Source of the DNA: Verrucomicrobiales bacterium
Lineage (GTDB): Bacteria; Verrucomicrobiota; Verrucomicrobiia; Verrucomicrobiales; V1-33
DNA: 18,283 nt
Assembly: GCA_031411295.1 (NCBI GenBank)
Contig: JANOAV010000119.1
Coordinates: 1-18,283 of the forward strand
Reading direction: 5' to 3'
A model generated the notes under the pieces. The model saw nothing but the letters and a program-made list of their open reading frames with translations. It ran no database searches and was not told the DNA's origin. A program made the position numbers and the translations under genes. This document shows, in pieces, positions 7,401 through 15,560 of this stretch (position 1 is its first letter; each line of letters begins with the position of its first letter).

Positions 7401-9532
7401 AGAATGTGACCAATCTAGATGTGAAGTCTAACGTGGCCGGGATCGTGCAGGGGGCGACGGTGAGTGGAGGCAATATTGAGTTCTGGCCCAACAGTTATAC
7501 GCAAGCCAACGCCCTTGCGATCCCTGGGGCCAGTGCCACAACGTATGATTTCGGTGATACCATGTCGGGCACCGTGGCCGCCTCTGGGCATGGTTCCATG
7601 CAGGTCCACAATCACGATACCGGAGCCAAGCAGACGCTCTTCGCGTTTAATCGTTGGGGCACCACTTCGACCACCTCCGCCACCTTCGCAGTCGGCATTG
7701 GCAATGATCCGAACACAACCCGAGCCAGCTACAACCCCGACTGGACCCTGGCCGACAATGCCGCCTCCGCCTATGCCACCACGGCAGGATCGCGCCGTAT
7801 GCATATTTTCGTGCTGCCAGCTGGCATCAACGACATCGTCGGGCCTACCGTCACAAAGGTCACGGCCAGCAGCACTCTGAATCGCTGCACCGTAACCTTT
7901 AGCGAAGCCGTCGCTGAAGGCTCTGCCATTCCCGCAAACTTCAGCTTCAGCGGTGGCGTAAGTGTGATCGGAGCTACGCTAGTAAGCAGCACGGAAATCG
8001 CGCTCACTACGAGCGCCCAAGCACCCAACACGGCTTACACCGTGACTGTCGCCAATATTCGGGATCGCGCTCCATCAGCAAATGCCAGCTTGCCCGGAGC
8101 CAACGGCACTTTTACTTCCTACAATCCGCCTTCGTTACTCAGTAATATTCCCGAATCCACGGGATTCAATTTACTCTACGCCCTACCGATTCCAAATACT
8201 GCGCTCTATGATCGCAATACCGTGCCCTACACCGTGGATGAGAGCAAGTATCCGCAACTCACCTCGTATGATCGCGTGGCGTATCTGATGGAGTTGGCAG
8301 GCACGGCTCCTACATTGACCGCATGGGTTTGGGTCTCATGCGATCCATTTTCGACTGACGTAAAGAAGCTGGGCGTGCCCACTGCTACGAGCGGTGCGGT
8401 GTTCCAGCAGAATCTTGCTAACATGACCGTGATTGCCTCTGCGGGCGCTCCGGTCGTGACGGGAACTGGCCTGACAGGCAATATGGAATTCTGGCCAACG
8501 AACTACAGTAACCCAAATGCCCTGCTAGTGCCGAACGCAAGTGACGCCACCTATGATTGGGGCGATACCCGCGCCACCACGGGAAATCATGGTTCCATGC
8601 AGATCCACAATCCAGCAGCCAGTCAGACGATCTTCGCCTACAACGCATGGGGCGGTGGCGGAAATAATAGCTCCCTTGGCATCGGGAATGATCCTGCTCC
8701 TGCTGGGACCGCTCCTGCCTTAGGCGTGGACTGGACGTTCCACTACAATGCCGCCACTTACACCACGAAGAACCTCTACGTCTTCGCCCGACCTGGTGGT
8801 ACTGCCGTGGGCGCAGGGCCTGCGATCCTCACCCAGCCTTGTTCACGAGCCGCAGCGCTGGGATCCACTACCTCTTTCCTCGTTACGTTGACCACAGCAG
8901 GTCCGTTTACCTATCAATGGCGCTTCAATGGCAGTCCGCTCTCAGGCCAGACGAATCAGTGGTTGGACCTGACCAGCATCGTTCTGGCCCAGGATGGAAA
9001 TTACGATTGCGTGGTTACAGGTGCAGGCGTGGTGCAAACCACCAGCAATGCGGCCCACCTAACCGTGTTGGAAACGGTGCCGCCGGTGATCGGAGCCTGT
9101 CCTGACATCAGCGTCTTCACGACAGATCCAGCCGGAGCCGTGGTAACATTTGCCTCCCCCACCGCCACCGACAACAGCCCCACACCACCAAGTGTCACCT
9201 GCCTCCCACCCAGTGGAAGCCTGTTTCCGCTTGGCACCACCGCCGTCATCTGCACCGCAAGGGATGGTTCCGGCAACACCACTACCTGCACTTTCAATGT
9301 CGTAGTTGGTTTTCATAGCAGCCAGAACAGCACCATCGGGGTCCTGCCGAACGGACACATTGCACTAGTCTTCCGCGGGACTACCGGTCAGAGCTATCAG
9401 ATTCAACGCAGCACGGATCTCAACACTGATTGGGTTGACCTTGCCACGGTCGTGGCCGGAGCAGACGGCACCATCCCCGCCGAAGATCCCGCACCCCCAG
9501 CGCAGCGGGCGTTTTATCGCGTCAAACCGTAG
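4499..9532 (+). CDS. Large secreted multidomain SGNH/GDSL hydrolase: signal peptide, SGNH domain, three SbsA/Big_5-like Ig domains, four copies of an uncharacterised ~215-230-aa module, Ig domain, HYR domain, verrucomicrobial-type C-terminal domain
   Basis: ATG 4499 gives signal peptide MKFPVLSSALAALVLTAAPTQA; SGNH blocks GDSIT, HQGIGG, IGTND and DALHP; repeated modules with RVAYYLEL/GNxEFWP/GSMQxHN/DWT; YQWRFNG..DGNYDCVV (Ig); ATDNS..PPSGSLFPLGTTAVICTARDGSGN (HYR); YQIQRSTDL..W..FYRV tail. Confidence 0.88.
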   Translation: MKFPVLSSALAALVLTAAPTQAQTPPTRIVPLGDSITFGSSVAGGYRKKLYDLLTAAGFNVDYVGVQNGNGVATLPDSDHQGIGGWRIDQVDADLPKWIGVVADPDVVLLHIGTNDFGQNLDTVNAINRLDALITKLATQLPYAHIIVTNLMERGVLANAPNTTIEAQFNPFVQARVDAHVALGRRVTFLNMRSFVPVAEMPDALHPGQVGYDHMADAWAPAVQAAISPLGDALPPGLARAKANPDRTHVTITFSKPVADSAAAVGNFSLSGGLTVSAVSLDATKRIATLTTSQQTLGTQYIATVNNVVDRLVAPNALPANSQINFFAATPRGYLNNVPESAGYTLAYALDIPTTANYKTTAPAYSINNSAQIGPISRVAYYLELQTATGDLQYLWASMAPFTTDARMIGVPTLPSGALFQTNVTALNVVSNSPNVTTGTGLTGNVEFWPSNYQATNSANVPGASDTLFDFGDTPSAGNYGSMQLHNIAAGQTLFSFSNWGGNATPGDVCLGMGNNPAPITGGVDWTFANNGAAYTIRSLQVLVKTDDDLTAPAITSARQNFGLNKIILTMSEPVLASSISAGNFNLTNGVTILSATVGSNPREIILTTTAQPSGTTLTLMVNGLRDTSCNANRIANGTTVVVDAAILPASVTTNVGAAANGYQTVYSIDLPTTGNLNALGAAAYALDERFAPGGFDRVAYYLELQTAAGTQYAWASMDAWTASKGKLGIPLLATGAMFQQNVTNLEVVSNVAGVVNGTTAAGGNIEIWPNNYSVANGIAVPNASATSYDTGDTVTGTVPTAGYGCLQIHNHDVGAAQTVLAVNRFGTDGQILDVGIGNNPAPTSNGVDWTFAANAGNFVKRTLHVMVRPSANYFTPAVVTTNVGSSANGYQLAYSIDLPSAGTSASLLYSVNNAADIPNFSRVAYYLQLVPVGSSTPNWIWTSMDAFTTDAKKVGIPTVAAGATFQQNVTNLDVKSNVAGIVQGATVSGGNIEFWPNSYTQANALAIPGASATTYDFGDTMSGTVAASGHGSMQVHNHDTGAKQTLFAFNRWGTTSTTSATFAVGIGNDPNTTRASYNPDWTLADNAASAYATTAGSRRMHIFVLPAGINDIVGPTVTKVTASSTLNRCTVTFSEAVAEGSAIPANFSFSGGVSVIGATLVSSTEIALTTSAQAPNTAYTVTVANIRDRAPSANASLPGANGTFTSYNPPSLLSNIPESTGFNLLYALPIPNTALYDRNTVPYTVDESKYPQLTSYDRVAYLMELAGTAPTLTAWVWVSCDPFSTDVKKLGVPTATSGAVFQQNLANMTVIASAGAPVVTGTGLTGNMEFWPTNYSNPNALLVPNASDATYDWGDTRATTGNHGSMQIHNPAASQTIFAYNAWGGGGNNSSLGIGNDPAPAGTAPALGVDWTFHYNAATYTTKNLYVFARPGGTAVGAGPAILTQPCSRAAALGSTTSFLVTLTTAGPFTYQWRFNGSPLSGQTNQWLDLTSIVLAQDGNYDCVVTGAGVVQTTSNAAHLTVLETVPPVIGACPDISVFTTDPAGAVVTFASPTATDNSPTPPSVTCLPPSGSLFPLGTTAVICTARDGSGNTTTCTFNVVVGFHSSQNSTIGVLPNGHIALVFRGTTGQSYQIQRSTDLNTDWVDLATVVAGADGTIPAEDPAPPAQRAFYRVKP

Positions 9533-9582
9533 TCGCAACAACAGCTGACCCCGGGTGCAGGACACAAAAGTTAAGAACTGGT

Positions 9583-9625
9583 GTTCGGCAATCGGATCCC
9601 ATTGGCCGGTGGTGAGGCCGTCGTG
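9583..9625. repeat. 43-bp direct repeat, copy 1 (duplicate of leuD 3' coding sequence)
   Basis: GTTCGGCAATCGGATCCCATTGGCCGGTGGTGAGGCCGTCGTG matches 10283-10325 at 41/43 positions. Confidence 0.95.
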
Positions 9626-9646
9626 AGTGATGTCTGTGTGTTGAGC

Positions 9647-9687
9647 CGCAATTTTTCAGATGACCCATCAGAAATTTGCGTTATCTT
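9647..9687 (+). promoter_or_regulatory. Putative TA operator (imperfect inverted repeat) and -10 element of a probable leaderless transcript
   Basis: CGCAATTTTTCAGATG-ACC-CATCAGAAATTTGCG at 9647-9680; TATCTT at 9682-9687 ends 6 nt before ATG 9694; no Shine-Dalgarno site. Confidence 0.45.
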
Positions 9688-9693
9688 GGCCGC

Positions 9694-9915
9694 ATGACAA
9701 TCGAACAACTCGTGCCGGAAGCTTTGAAATTATCGAGTCGAGAGCGTGCCTTGCTGGCAGCATCGCTGTGGGAAAGCTTGGATGATCCTTACGCCCTGGA
9801 ACCGTTGTCAGAATCGGATGCCATTCAGCTCGCGTGGCAGCGGGATGCAGAGATCGAATCGGGCATGACGGTTCCTCTCACTCACGAAGATTTGATGCAG
9901 AGATTGCGGGCATGA
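9694..9915 (+). CDS. Putative addiction module antitoxin (TIGR02574 / Unstab_antitox-like)
   Basis: MTIEQLVPEALKLSSRERALLAASLWESLD...AWQRDAEIESG fits this family; its stop overlaps the toxin start (ATGA 9912-9915). Confidence 0.88.
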   Translation: MTIEQLVPEALKLSSRERALLAASLWESLDDPYALEPLSESDAIQLAWQRDAEIESGMTVPLTHEDLMQRLRA

Positions 9916-10204
9916 AGATAGAATACCACCCGCCGTTGCCGACGATTTGGAAGCTGTGCGGGACTTTTATGAAAAACAATCCGAGGGTTTGGGGCGGGTC
10001 TTCGTCGATGCCTTCGATGCGCAAATTCAGCGCATCGCTTCCATGCCGGAACGATGGATGATCGTCGAACGCGACTTACGTAGAGCGCTGATGAGGCGAT
10101 TTCCTTATGTGATCTACTTCCGCTGCCTTTCTCAGGAAACACTGCGGATAACCTTGGTAAAACACGAGAAGCGGCACCCGCGCTATGGCATGGGGCGCGT
10201 CTAA
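9912..10204 (+). pseudogene. RelE/ParE family toxin with a 1-nt frameshift at codon 7 (or a sequencing error)
   Basis: ATG 9912 reads MKIEYHP then leaves frame; adding one C to CCC 9929-9931 gives MKIEYHPAVADDLEAVRDFYEKQSEGLG...RRFPYVIYF...HEKRHPRYG (97 aa), a typical ParE-like toxin. Confidence 0.85.
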
Positions 10205-10220
10205 TCAATGACGGGGAAAT

Positions 10221-10826
10221 TTAACTCGCCAGATACGCCACGTTCTCCGCCGTCGTGGCCACTGCGGCTTCGGATTCCAGGAGTTCGGCAATCGGGTCCC
10301 ATTGACCGGTGGTGAGGCCGTCGTGGGCGGTGGAAGGCATTTTTACGGGGAAACTTTCGTTGCCGAAGAGGACTTTGCGATTGGCGACATCAATCGTGAT
10401 TTCCAGTGCAGGATTCGCTTCGACTGCGGCGGCCAGTTGCTTGATCTGCGCGGTGGTGGCCGTGACGCACGGAATGCCCAAGGTGGTGCAGTTGCCGAAG
10501 AAAATTTCCGCATAGCTCTCCGCGATGACCGCCCGCAAGCCATAGCGATACAGCGCCTGCGGGGCGTGCTCACGGGAACTGCCGCAGCCAAAATTCACCC
10601 CAGTTAGCAAGATTTTGGCACCGGAGAAACGGGGATCGTTCAGCGGATGCTCGGCTACCACGCTGTCATCGGGCCGATGCCGGACGTCATAGAAAAAGTA
10701 TTCGCCCAAGCCATCAAAGGTGACGCATTTCATGAAACGCGCGGGGATGATGCGGTCGGTATCGATATCGGAGCCTTGAACGTAAACGCCGGGGCCGGAG
10801 ACGGAAGTGATTTTAGCGAGAGCCAT
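10221..10826 (-). CDS. leuD: 3-isopropylmalate dehydratase small subunit
   Basis: DIDTDRIIPARF, NFGCGSSREHAP and SYAEIFFGNC motifs; directly downstream of leuC. Confidence 0.97.
   Translation of the reverse strand: MALAKITSVSGPGVYVQGSDIDTDRIIPARFMKCVTFDGLGEYFFYDVRHRPDDSVVAEHPLNDPRFSGAKILLTGVNFGCGSSREHAPQALYRYGLRAVIAESYAEIFFGNCTTLGIPCVTATTAQIKQLAAAVEANPALEITIDVANRKVLFGNESFPVKMPSTAHDGLTTGQWDPIAELLESEAAVATTAENVAYLAS
10283..10325. repeat. 43-bp direct repeat, copy 2 (inside leuD, codons HDGLTTGQWDPIAE)
   Basis: GTTCGGCAATCGGGTCCCATTGACCGGTGGTGAGGCCGTCGTG; offset exactly 700 bp from copy 1. Confidence 0.95.
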
Positions 10827-10830
10827 GGGT

Positions 10831-10878
10831 GAAAGAGAGTGAGAGAATAAGAAAATTAAAAAGTAAGGAAAGGGGAGA
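10831..10878. repeat. Degenerate 8-bp tandem array in the leuC-leuD spacer
   Basis: GAAAGAGA GTGAGAGA ATAAGAAA ATTAAAAA GTAAGGAA AGGGGAGA. Confidence 0.6.
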
Positions 10879-10897
10879 AGGGGCGGCTCGCCCCTTC
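10877..10897 (-). terminator. Perfect 9-bp stem-loop just after the leuC stop (intra-operon terminator/attenuator or stabilising hairpin)
   Basis: GAAGGGGCG-GCT-CGCCCCTTC; followed on the minus strand by a pyrimidine tract (TCCCCTTTCCTTACTTTTT) rather than an immediate U-run. Confidence 0.45.
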
Positions 10898-10902
10898 ACA
10901 AA

Positions 10903-12333
10903 TTAAGCCACATTATGAGCCAACTCAGTCGCAAAGACTTCGCGCGCATCTGCAATGCTGCCAGTGATCGCAGCGGCAGCCACCATCAATGGACTCATCA
11001 ACACCGTGCGCCCCGTGGTGCTGCCTTGGCGGCCTTTGAAATTCCGATTACTGGAGCTGGCGCACAGTTGATCGCCCACCAGCTTGTCAGGGTTCATGGC
11101 CAGACACATGGAGCAGCCGGCTTCACGCCACTCGAATCCTGCTTCCCGGAAAATTTTGTCCAAGCCTTCCTTGATGGCCAAGTGCGCCACGATCTGGCTG
11201 CCGGGAACGGCAATCGCCTTCACGCCAGCGGCTACCTTGTGACCCTTGATGTATTTGGCCACTTCACGGAAATCGCTCAGTCGGCCATTAGTGCAGGAAC
11301 CGATGAACGCCACGTCCACTTTGGTGCCCTTGATGGGAGCGCCAGCGGTTAGTTTCATGTAAGCCAGGGCTTCTTCGATGCTGGCCTTCTCGGCGGGCGT
11401 CGATGCCTTTGCAGGATCGGGGATATTGCTGTCGATGCTGAATCCTTGGTCCGGGCTGATGCCCCAAGTGACGGTCGGGGCGATGTCTTCTGCGCGGATG
11501 TTCACCACATCGTCAAATTTAGCGTCAGCGTCGGTGGCGAAGGATTTCCAGCGGGCCACGGCTTCATCCCAAGCGGCACCGGTGGGGCTGTAGGGACGGC
11601 CTTTGAGGTAGTCGAACGTTTTCTGATCTGGATTCACATAACCACAACGCGCCCCGCCTTCGATGCTCATGTTACACACCGTCATGCGTTCCTCCATGGA
11701 CATGTTATCGATCACATTGCCACCGTATTCATAAGCGTAACCAATGCCGCCCTTGGCCCCCAATTGGGCAATGATGTGCAGGATCACATCCTTGGCATAC
11801 ACGCCGGGACGCAGGGCGCCATCGACGTTGATACGACGAACTTTCGCCTGGCTCATGGCCATCGTTTGCGTGGCCAGCACATCGCGCACCTGAGTGGTGC
11901 CGATGCCGAAAGCGATGGCTCCGAACGCCCCGTGCGTGGCCGTGTGGGAGTCGCCACAGGCAATGGTGGTCCCCGGTTGGGTGATCCCCTGCTCTGGCCC
12001 CACGACGTGCACCACGCCTTGTTTCCCGCTCTTGAGATCGAAATATGTGATGCCAAACTCCTCCGCATTCTTGCGCAATTCGTGGATCATGGCGGCGGCC
12101 AGAGGGTCGGCAAATGGCTCCACTTGGGATTCCGTCGGCACAATGTGATCCACCGTGGCAAACGTGCGGTGGGGAAATTTCACCTTCAGACCAAGATCGC
12201 GCAGCATCCCGAACGCCTGTGGGCTGGTGACTTCATGAATCAAATGGGTGCCGATGAGCAACTGCGTTTGACCATTCGACAACTTCCGCACGGAGTGTGC
12301 GTTCCAGACTTTAGCAAAAAGGGTTTGGCCCAT
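10903..12333 (-). CDS. leuC: 3-isopropylmalate dehydratase large subunit
   Basis: [42 protein letters not shown] and [12 protein letters not shown] motifs, including the Fe-S cysteines. Confidence 0.98.
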   Translation of the reverse strand: MGQTLFAKVWNAHSVRKLSNGQTQLLIGTHLIHEVTSPQAFGMLRDLGLKVKFPHRTFATVDHIVPTESQVEPFADPLAAAMIHELRKNAEEFGITYFDLKSGKQGVVHVVGPEQGITQPGTTIACGDSHTATHGAFGAIAFGIGTTQVRDVLATQTMAMSQAKVRRINVDGALRPGVYAKDVILHIIAQLGAKGGIGYAYEYGGNVIDNMSMEERMTVCNMSIEGGARCGYVNPDQKTFDYLKGRPYSPTGAAWDEAVARWKSFATDADAKFDDVVNIRAEDIAPTVTWGISPDQGFSIDSNIPDPAKASTPAEKASIEEALAYMKLTAGAPIKGTKVDVAFIGSCTNGRLSDFREVAKYIKGHKVAAGVKAIAVPGSQIVAHLAIKEGLDKIFREAGFEWREAGCSMCLAMNPDKLVGDQLCASSSNRNFKGRQGSTTGRTVLMSPLMVAAAAITGSIADAREVFATELAHNVA

Positions 12334-12539
12334 GAGAGAGGTGTGATTTTGGGGTGGGAAAGCGGTCGGGGAAACAGCCGTTCAGGCAAAATAGGAAAGA
12401 TCAGGCAAGACCCTCCACGCCCCCGCCACAGACCGCGCAGCGTGGGGAGGGGCAAATTAGCACGAATTTCCCCGTGGCAAAGGGAAAGACGGGGAGATTT
12501 TTGGGGGGCGTGTAATACCCACTCGATAAGTCAAAATCT

Positions 12540-12809
12540 TTGGAATCACGCTTTTCAGAGGGGATTCTAGTGTTGAAAATCAAGCTGCCATCTGGTAAAT
12601 CCTTGGACGTGAAAATTCAACCCGATAACATTAAATCCCTGCTCAATCAATTGAGCGCGCATGGGGTCATCAGCGAAGCCCGGCTCAGCTTGATGGAACC
12701 GTTCCATGATGAGGAATTCGGGATGGTCGTGCCTAACTTTACCGGGCTTCAGCTTACATTGACGCTCCCCTCAATCTCGAATATTCGGTGGAAACTATCT
12801 CCAAGATGA
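12540..12809 (+). CDS. Hypothetical protein (start uncertain; may be the 5' part of the SEC-C gene)
   Basis: 89-aa ORF with protein-like composition ([18 protein letters not shown]...) in an AT-richer stretch; no family recognised. Confidence 0.45.
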   Translation: MESRFSEGILVLKIKLPSGKSLDVKIQPDNIKSLLNQLSAHGVISEARLSLMEPFHDEEFGMVVPNFTGLQLTLTLPSISNIRWKLSPR

Positions 12810-12843
12810 AGAACGGAGCAAAGCACCACATCAGGCCCACAGC

Positions 12844-13152
12844 ATGCTGCCTTCGTTCGAAACGCGGTGGGCGAGCAACGGAATGCAACGGAGCCTCGAG
12901 CATGAGAATGAGGAGCAGGGCGAGACCCAGCATTCCATAAACCCATCGCAGCACGCTCCCATAAGTCCCAGAGCATATACCATCGGGGACACCAGGTGGT
13001 GGCATTCCTGGGCGAAACCAGAAGCCCCAAAACCAAAGACAGCAATCCTGCCTCTGTTTGAGTTAAGGACCGGCCCTAAGATTGGCCGCAACGATCCCTG
13101 CCCATGTGGATCTGGCAAAAAATATAAGAAGTGTTGCGGGGCCGCGGTCTGA
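12844..13152 (+). CDS. SEC-C metal-binding motif protein
   Basis: C-terminal [21 protein letters not shown] is the canonical SEC-C motif. The frame is open upstream to 12763, so the start is uncertain. Confidence 0.75.
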   Translation: MLPSFETRWASNGMQRSLEHENEEQGETQHSINPSQHAPISPRAYTIGDTRWWHSWAKPEAPKPKTAILPLFELRTGPKIGRNDPCPCGSGKKYKKCCGAAV

Positions 13153-13197
13153 GCGATTCCATAAGTGATGATCTAATACCGTCAGTTTGGCAGTGAT

Positions 13198-13316
13198 GGA
13201 ACGCGGGCTTCCAGCCTGTGAACGACCCCGGGCGGCTCGCCCGGAGGCAGTCCATGCCATGGAACCACACCAGTCCAGAGGACTGCGGTCGGGCACAGAC
13301 GGGACGTCTCCGTTCC
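13198..13316. repeat. Inverted REP-like pair (REPIN-type) with nested hairpins
   Basis: GGAACGCGGGCTTCCAGCCTGTG (13198-13220) vs reverse complement of 13294-13316 GGAACGGAGACGTCCCGTCTGTG (17/23); each unit is self-palindromic; internal CCGGGCG-GCT-CGCCCGG and GCAGTCC...GGACTGC. Confidence 0.7.
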
Positions 13317-13489
13317 TCGAGCCAAGCCCACGAATCTTGAACTCAAAGGAAGGTCGGCCGACCTCAAAACCACTTCTGACTCACCGCGCCAGATTGTCCG
13401 GTGGTTTGCGCCAGAATGGCACAAAAGCGTCCTTTCTCAGCGCTGATGGATCGTGCGGGTTGAGTTTGCTAGATTTGTGAAGAGTTCAC

Positions 13490-13502
13490 TGTCAACGACT
13501 TA
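13490..13502 (+). promoter_or_regulatory. Putative IHF binding site
   Basis: TGTCAACGACTTA vs consensus WATCAANNNNTTR (one mismatch), about 20 bp upstream of the sigma-54 box and next to a T-tract. Confidence 0.5.
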
Positions 13503-13519
13503 TGTTTTTTTGCGGCCTC

Positions 13520-13536
13520 TTGGCACGTCCCTTGCA
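13520..13536 (+). promoter_or_regulatory. Sigma-54 (RpoN) -24/-12 promoter of dnaK-groES-groEL
   Basis: TTGGCACG-TCCC-TTGCA matches YTGGCACG-N4-TTGCW with exact spacing and ends 49 bp before the dnaK ATG. Confidence 0.82.
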
Positions 13537-13585
13537 GATACTTTGGCAAAACCAAAATTTCTAACCACCACACCTCTTTAATATT

Positions 13586-15517
13586 ATGGGTAAAATCCTC
13601 GGCATCGATCTCGGCACTACGAACTCCTGCATGGCTATCATGGACGGCGGGGAGCCAACCGTGTTGGAAAACTCCGAAGGCGCACGCACCACTCCATCGG
13701 TCGTCGCCTTCACCAAAACGGGCGAACGCTTGGTTGGGCAGTCGGCTAAGCGCCAGGCGGTCACCAATCCCCGCAATACCATTTTCTCCGCCAAGCGCCT
13801 CATCGGCCGGAAGTTCAGCGAACTCACCGCAGCCGATAAAGCCGTGCCCTACGAAATCGTAGCCGCAGCCAATGGCGATGCCCACATTCAGGTGGAAGTC
13901 GGTGGCGAGAAGAAGACCTACAGCCCGCAGGAAATTGGCGCCATGGTGCTGGCCAAAATGAAGGCCGATGCCGAAGCCAAAATTGGCGAAACCATCACGG
14001 AAGCCGTCGTCACGGTGCCCGCTTATTTCAATGACGCGCAGCGGAATGCCACCAAGGCCGCTGGCGAAATTGCCGGTCTGACCGTGAAGCGCATTATCAA
14101 CGAGCCCACCGCCGCTTCCCTGGCGTATGGCCTTGATAAGAAGGCTGAAGAAAAGATTGCGGTGTATGACCTCGGCGGCGGCACGTTCGATATTTCCGTC
14201 CTGGAAATTGGCGACGGCGTCTTCGAAGTGAAAGCCACCAATGGCGATACCCACCTCGGTGGCGACGACTGGGACAACCGCATCATCCAATGGATCGCGG
14301 ACGAGTTCAAGAAGGACACGCAGATCGATCTGACCAAGCAGCCAGATGCCATGCAGCGGATCAAGGAAGAGGCTGAGAAGGCGAAAATTACGCTCAGCTC
14401 CAGCCAGAGTTACGATATTTCCCTGCCGTTCATCACGATGGATCAATTCGGTCCCAAGCACATTCAACGCACGCTGAGCCGCAGTGATTTGGAGCGGATT
14501 TGTGACGACCTTTTCGAGCGCACCGTCGGTCCCGTGAAAAAGTGTCTCGCAGACAGCAAAGTAGCGTTGAGTGACATCGACGAACTCGTGCTCGTCGGCG
14601 GTATGACCCGGATGCCCAAAGTGATCGAGACCGCCCGCAAACTGGCTGGCAAAGAACCGCACAAGGGCGTGAATCCAGACGAAGTCGTCGCTATCGGAGC
14701 CTCCATTCAAGGCGGCATTCTGGCGGGTGATTTCAAGGATCGGGATCTCCTCTTGCTCGATGTGACCCCGCTCAGTCTGGCCATCGAAACCATGGGTGGC
14801 GTGGCCACGGCCATGATCCCACGGAACACCACCATCCCGCATAAGAAGACGGAAATTTTCTCGACCGCCTCCGATAACCAACCCGGCGTGGAAGTCGTCG
14901 TCGTCCAAGGCGAGCGCCCGATGGCTCGTGACAACAAGCAACTCGGCACCTTCAAGCTGGACGGCATCACCCCCGCCCGCCGTGGGGAGCCCCAAATCGA
15001 AGTCACCTTCGACCTCGACGCCAACGGCATTCTCAATGTTTCCGCGATGGACAAACAAAGCGGCAAGAAGCAGCAAATCTCCATCGCTGGATCCAGCGGC
15101 CTGAGCCAAGAAGAAATCGAGCGCGCCAAACGCGATGCCGAAACCCACGCCGAAGAAGACCTCAAGCGCAAAGAAGATGCCGAGACCAAGAACCGTGCCG
15201 AAAGCATGATCTTTAATGTCGAAAAGCAACTCAGCGAAATGGGCGAACAAGTCCCCGCCGAAGCCAAAGCCCCGGTCACCGATGCCATCGACAAAATCAA
15301 GTCCGCCCTGGCCGCCAATGACATGAACGAAGTCAAACGCACCACCGACGAACTGGAGAAGATCTTCAGCCAAGCCGCCGCTGCCGCCCAAGCTGGTGGC
15401 GGAACCGGAGCCCCGCCACCTCAGCAAGAAGCCCCCGCCGAAGACTCCGGTCCCAAGCAAGCCAAAGGCAAAGTAGTGGACGCTGACTTTGAAGTCGTAG
15501 AGGAAGACAAGAAATAG
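13586..15517 (+). CDS. dnaK: Chaperone DnaK (Hsp70)
   Basis: [44 protein letters not shown] and C-terminal DADFEVV motifs. Confidence 0.99.
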   Translation: MGKILGIDLGTTNSCMAIMDGGEPTVLENSEGARTTPSVVAFTKTGERLVGQSAKRQAVTNPRNTIFSAKRLIGRKFSELTAADKAVPYEIVAAANGDAHIQVEVGGEKKTYSPQEIGAMVLAKMKADAEAKIGETITEAVVTVPAYFNDAQRNATKAAGEIAGLTVKRIINEPTAASLAYGLDKKAEEKIAVYDLGGGTFDISVLEIGDGVFEVKATNGDTHLGGDDWDNRIIQWIADEFKKDTQIDLTKQPDAMQRIKEEAEKAKITLSSSQSYDISLPFITMDQFGPKHIQRTLSRSDLERICDDLFERTVGPVKKCLADSKVALSDIDELVLVGGMTRMPKVIETARKLAGKEPHKGVNPDEVVAIGASIQGGILAGDFKDRDLLLLDVTPLSLAIETMGGVATAMIPRNTTIPHKKTEIFSTASDNQPGVEVVVVQGERPMARDNKQLGTFKLDGITPARRGEPQIEVTFDLDANGILNVSAMDKQSGKKQQISIAGSSGLSQEEIERAKRDAETHAEEDLKRKEDAETKNRAESMIFNVEKQLSEMGEQVPAEAKAPVTDAIDKIKSALAANDMNEVKRTTDELEKIFSQAAAAAQAGGGTGAPPPQQEAPAEDSGPKQAKGKVVDADFEVVEEDKK

Positions 15518-15521
15518 ACCG

Positions 15522-15557
15522 TCCCTTTTGTCCCTTAAGTCCTTTCCGTCCCTTTCT
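15522..15557. repeat. 9-bp tandem array (GTCCCTTTT-type) directly after the dnaK stop
   Basis: GTCCCTTTT GTCCCTTAA GTCCTTTCC GTCCCTTTC. Confidence 0.8.
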
Positions 15558-15560
15558 CTG

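Noticed and set aside
5492..8794. Repeated modules as template/variable repeats of a diversity-generating retroelement
   Set aside because: The copies are broadly diverged at the DNA level with no adenine-specific pattern, and no reverse transcriptase is present.
9947..10204. 85-aa toxin starting at TTG 9947 as an intact gene
   Set aside because: It lacks the first strand and helix start of the RelE/ParE fold; the coupled ATG at 9912 is the more plausible start.
9583..10325. 43-bp repeats considered as a CRISPR array or a self-targeting spacer
   Set aside because: Only two copies, 700 bp apart, one inside leuD; no repeat-spacer periodicity and no cas genes.
12844..13152. SEC-C ORF as a secA fragment
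   Set aside because: Only the terminal metal-binding motif is shared; there is no SecA ATPase sequence upstream.
13469..15460. 663-aa minus-strand ORF antisense to dnaK
   Set aside because: Well-known antisense shadow ORF of dnaK caused by codon bias; it overlaps a bona fide gene almost entirely.
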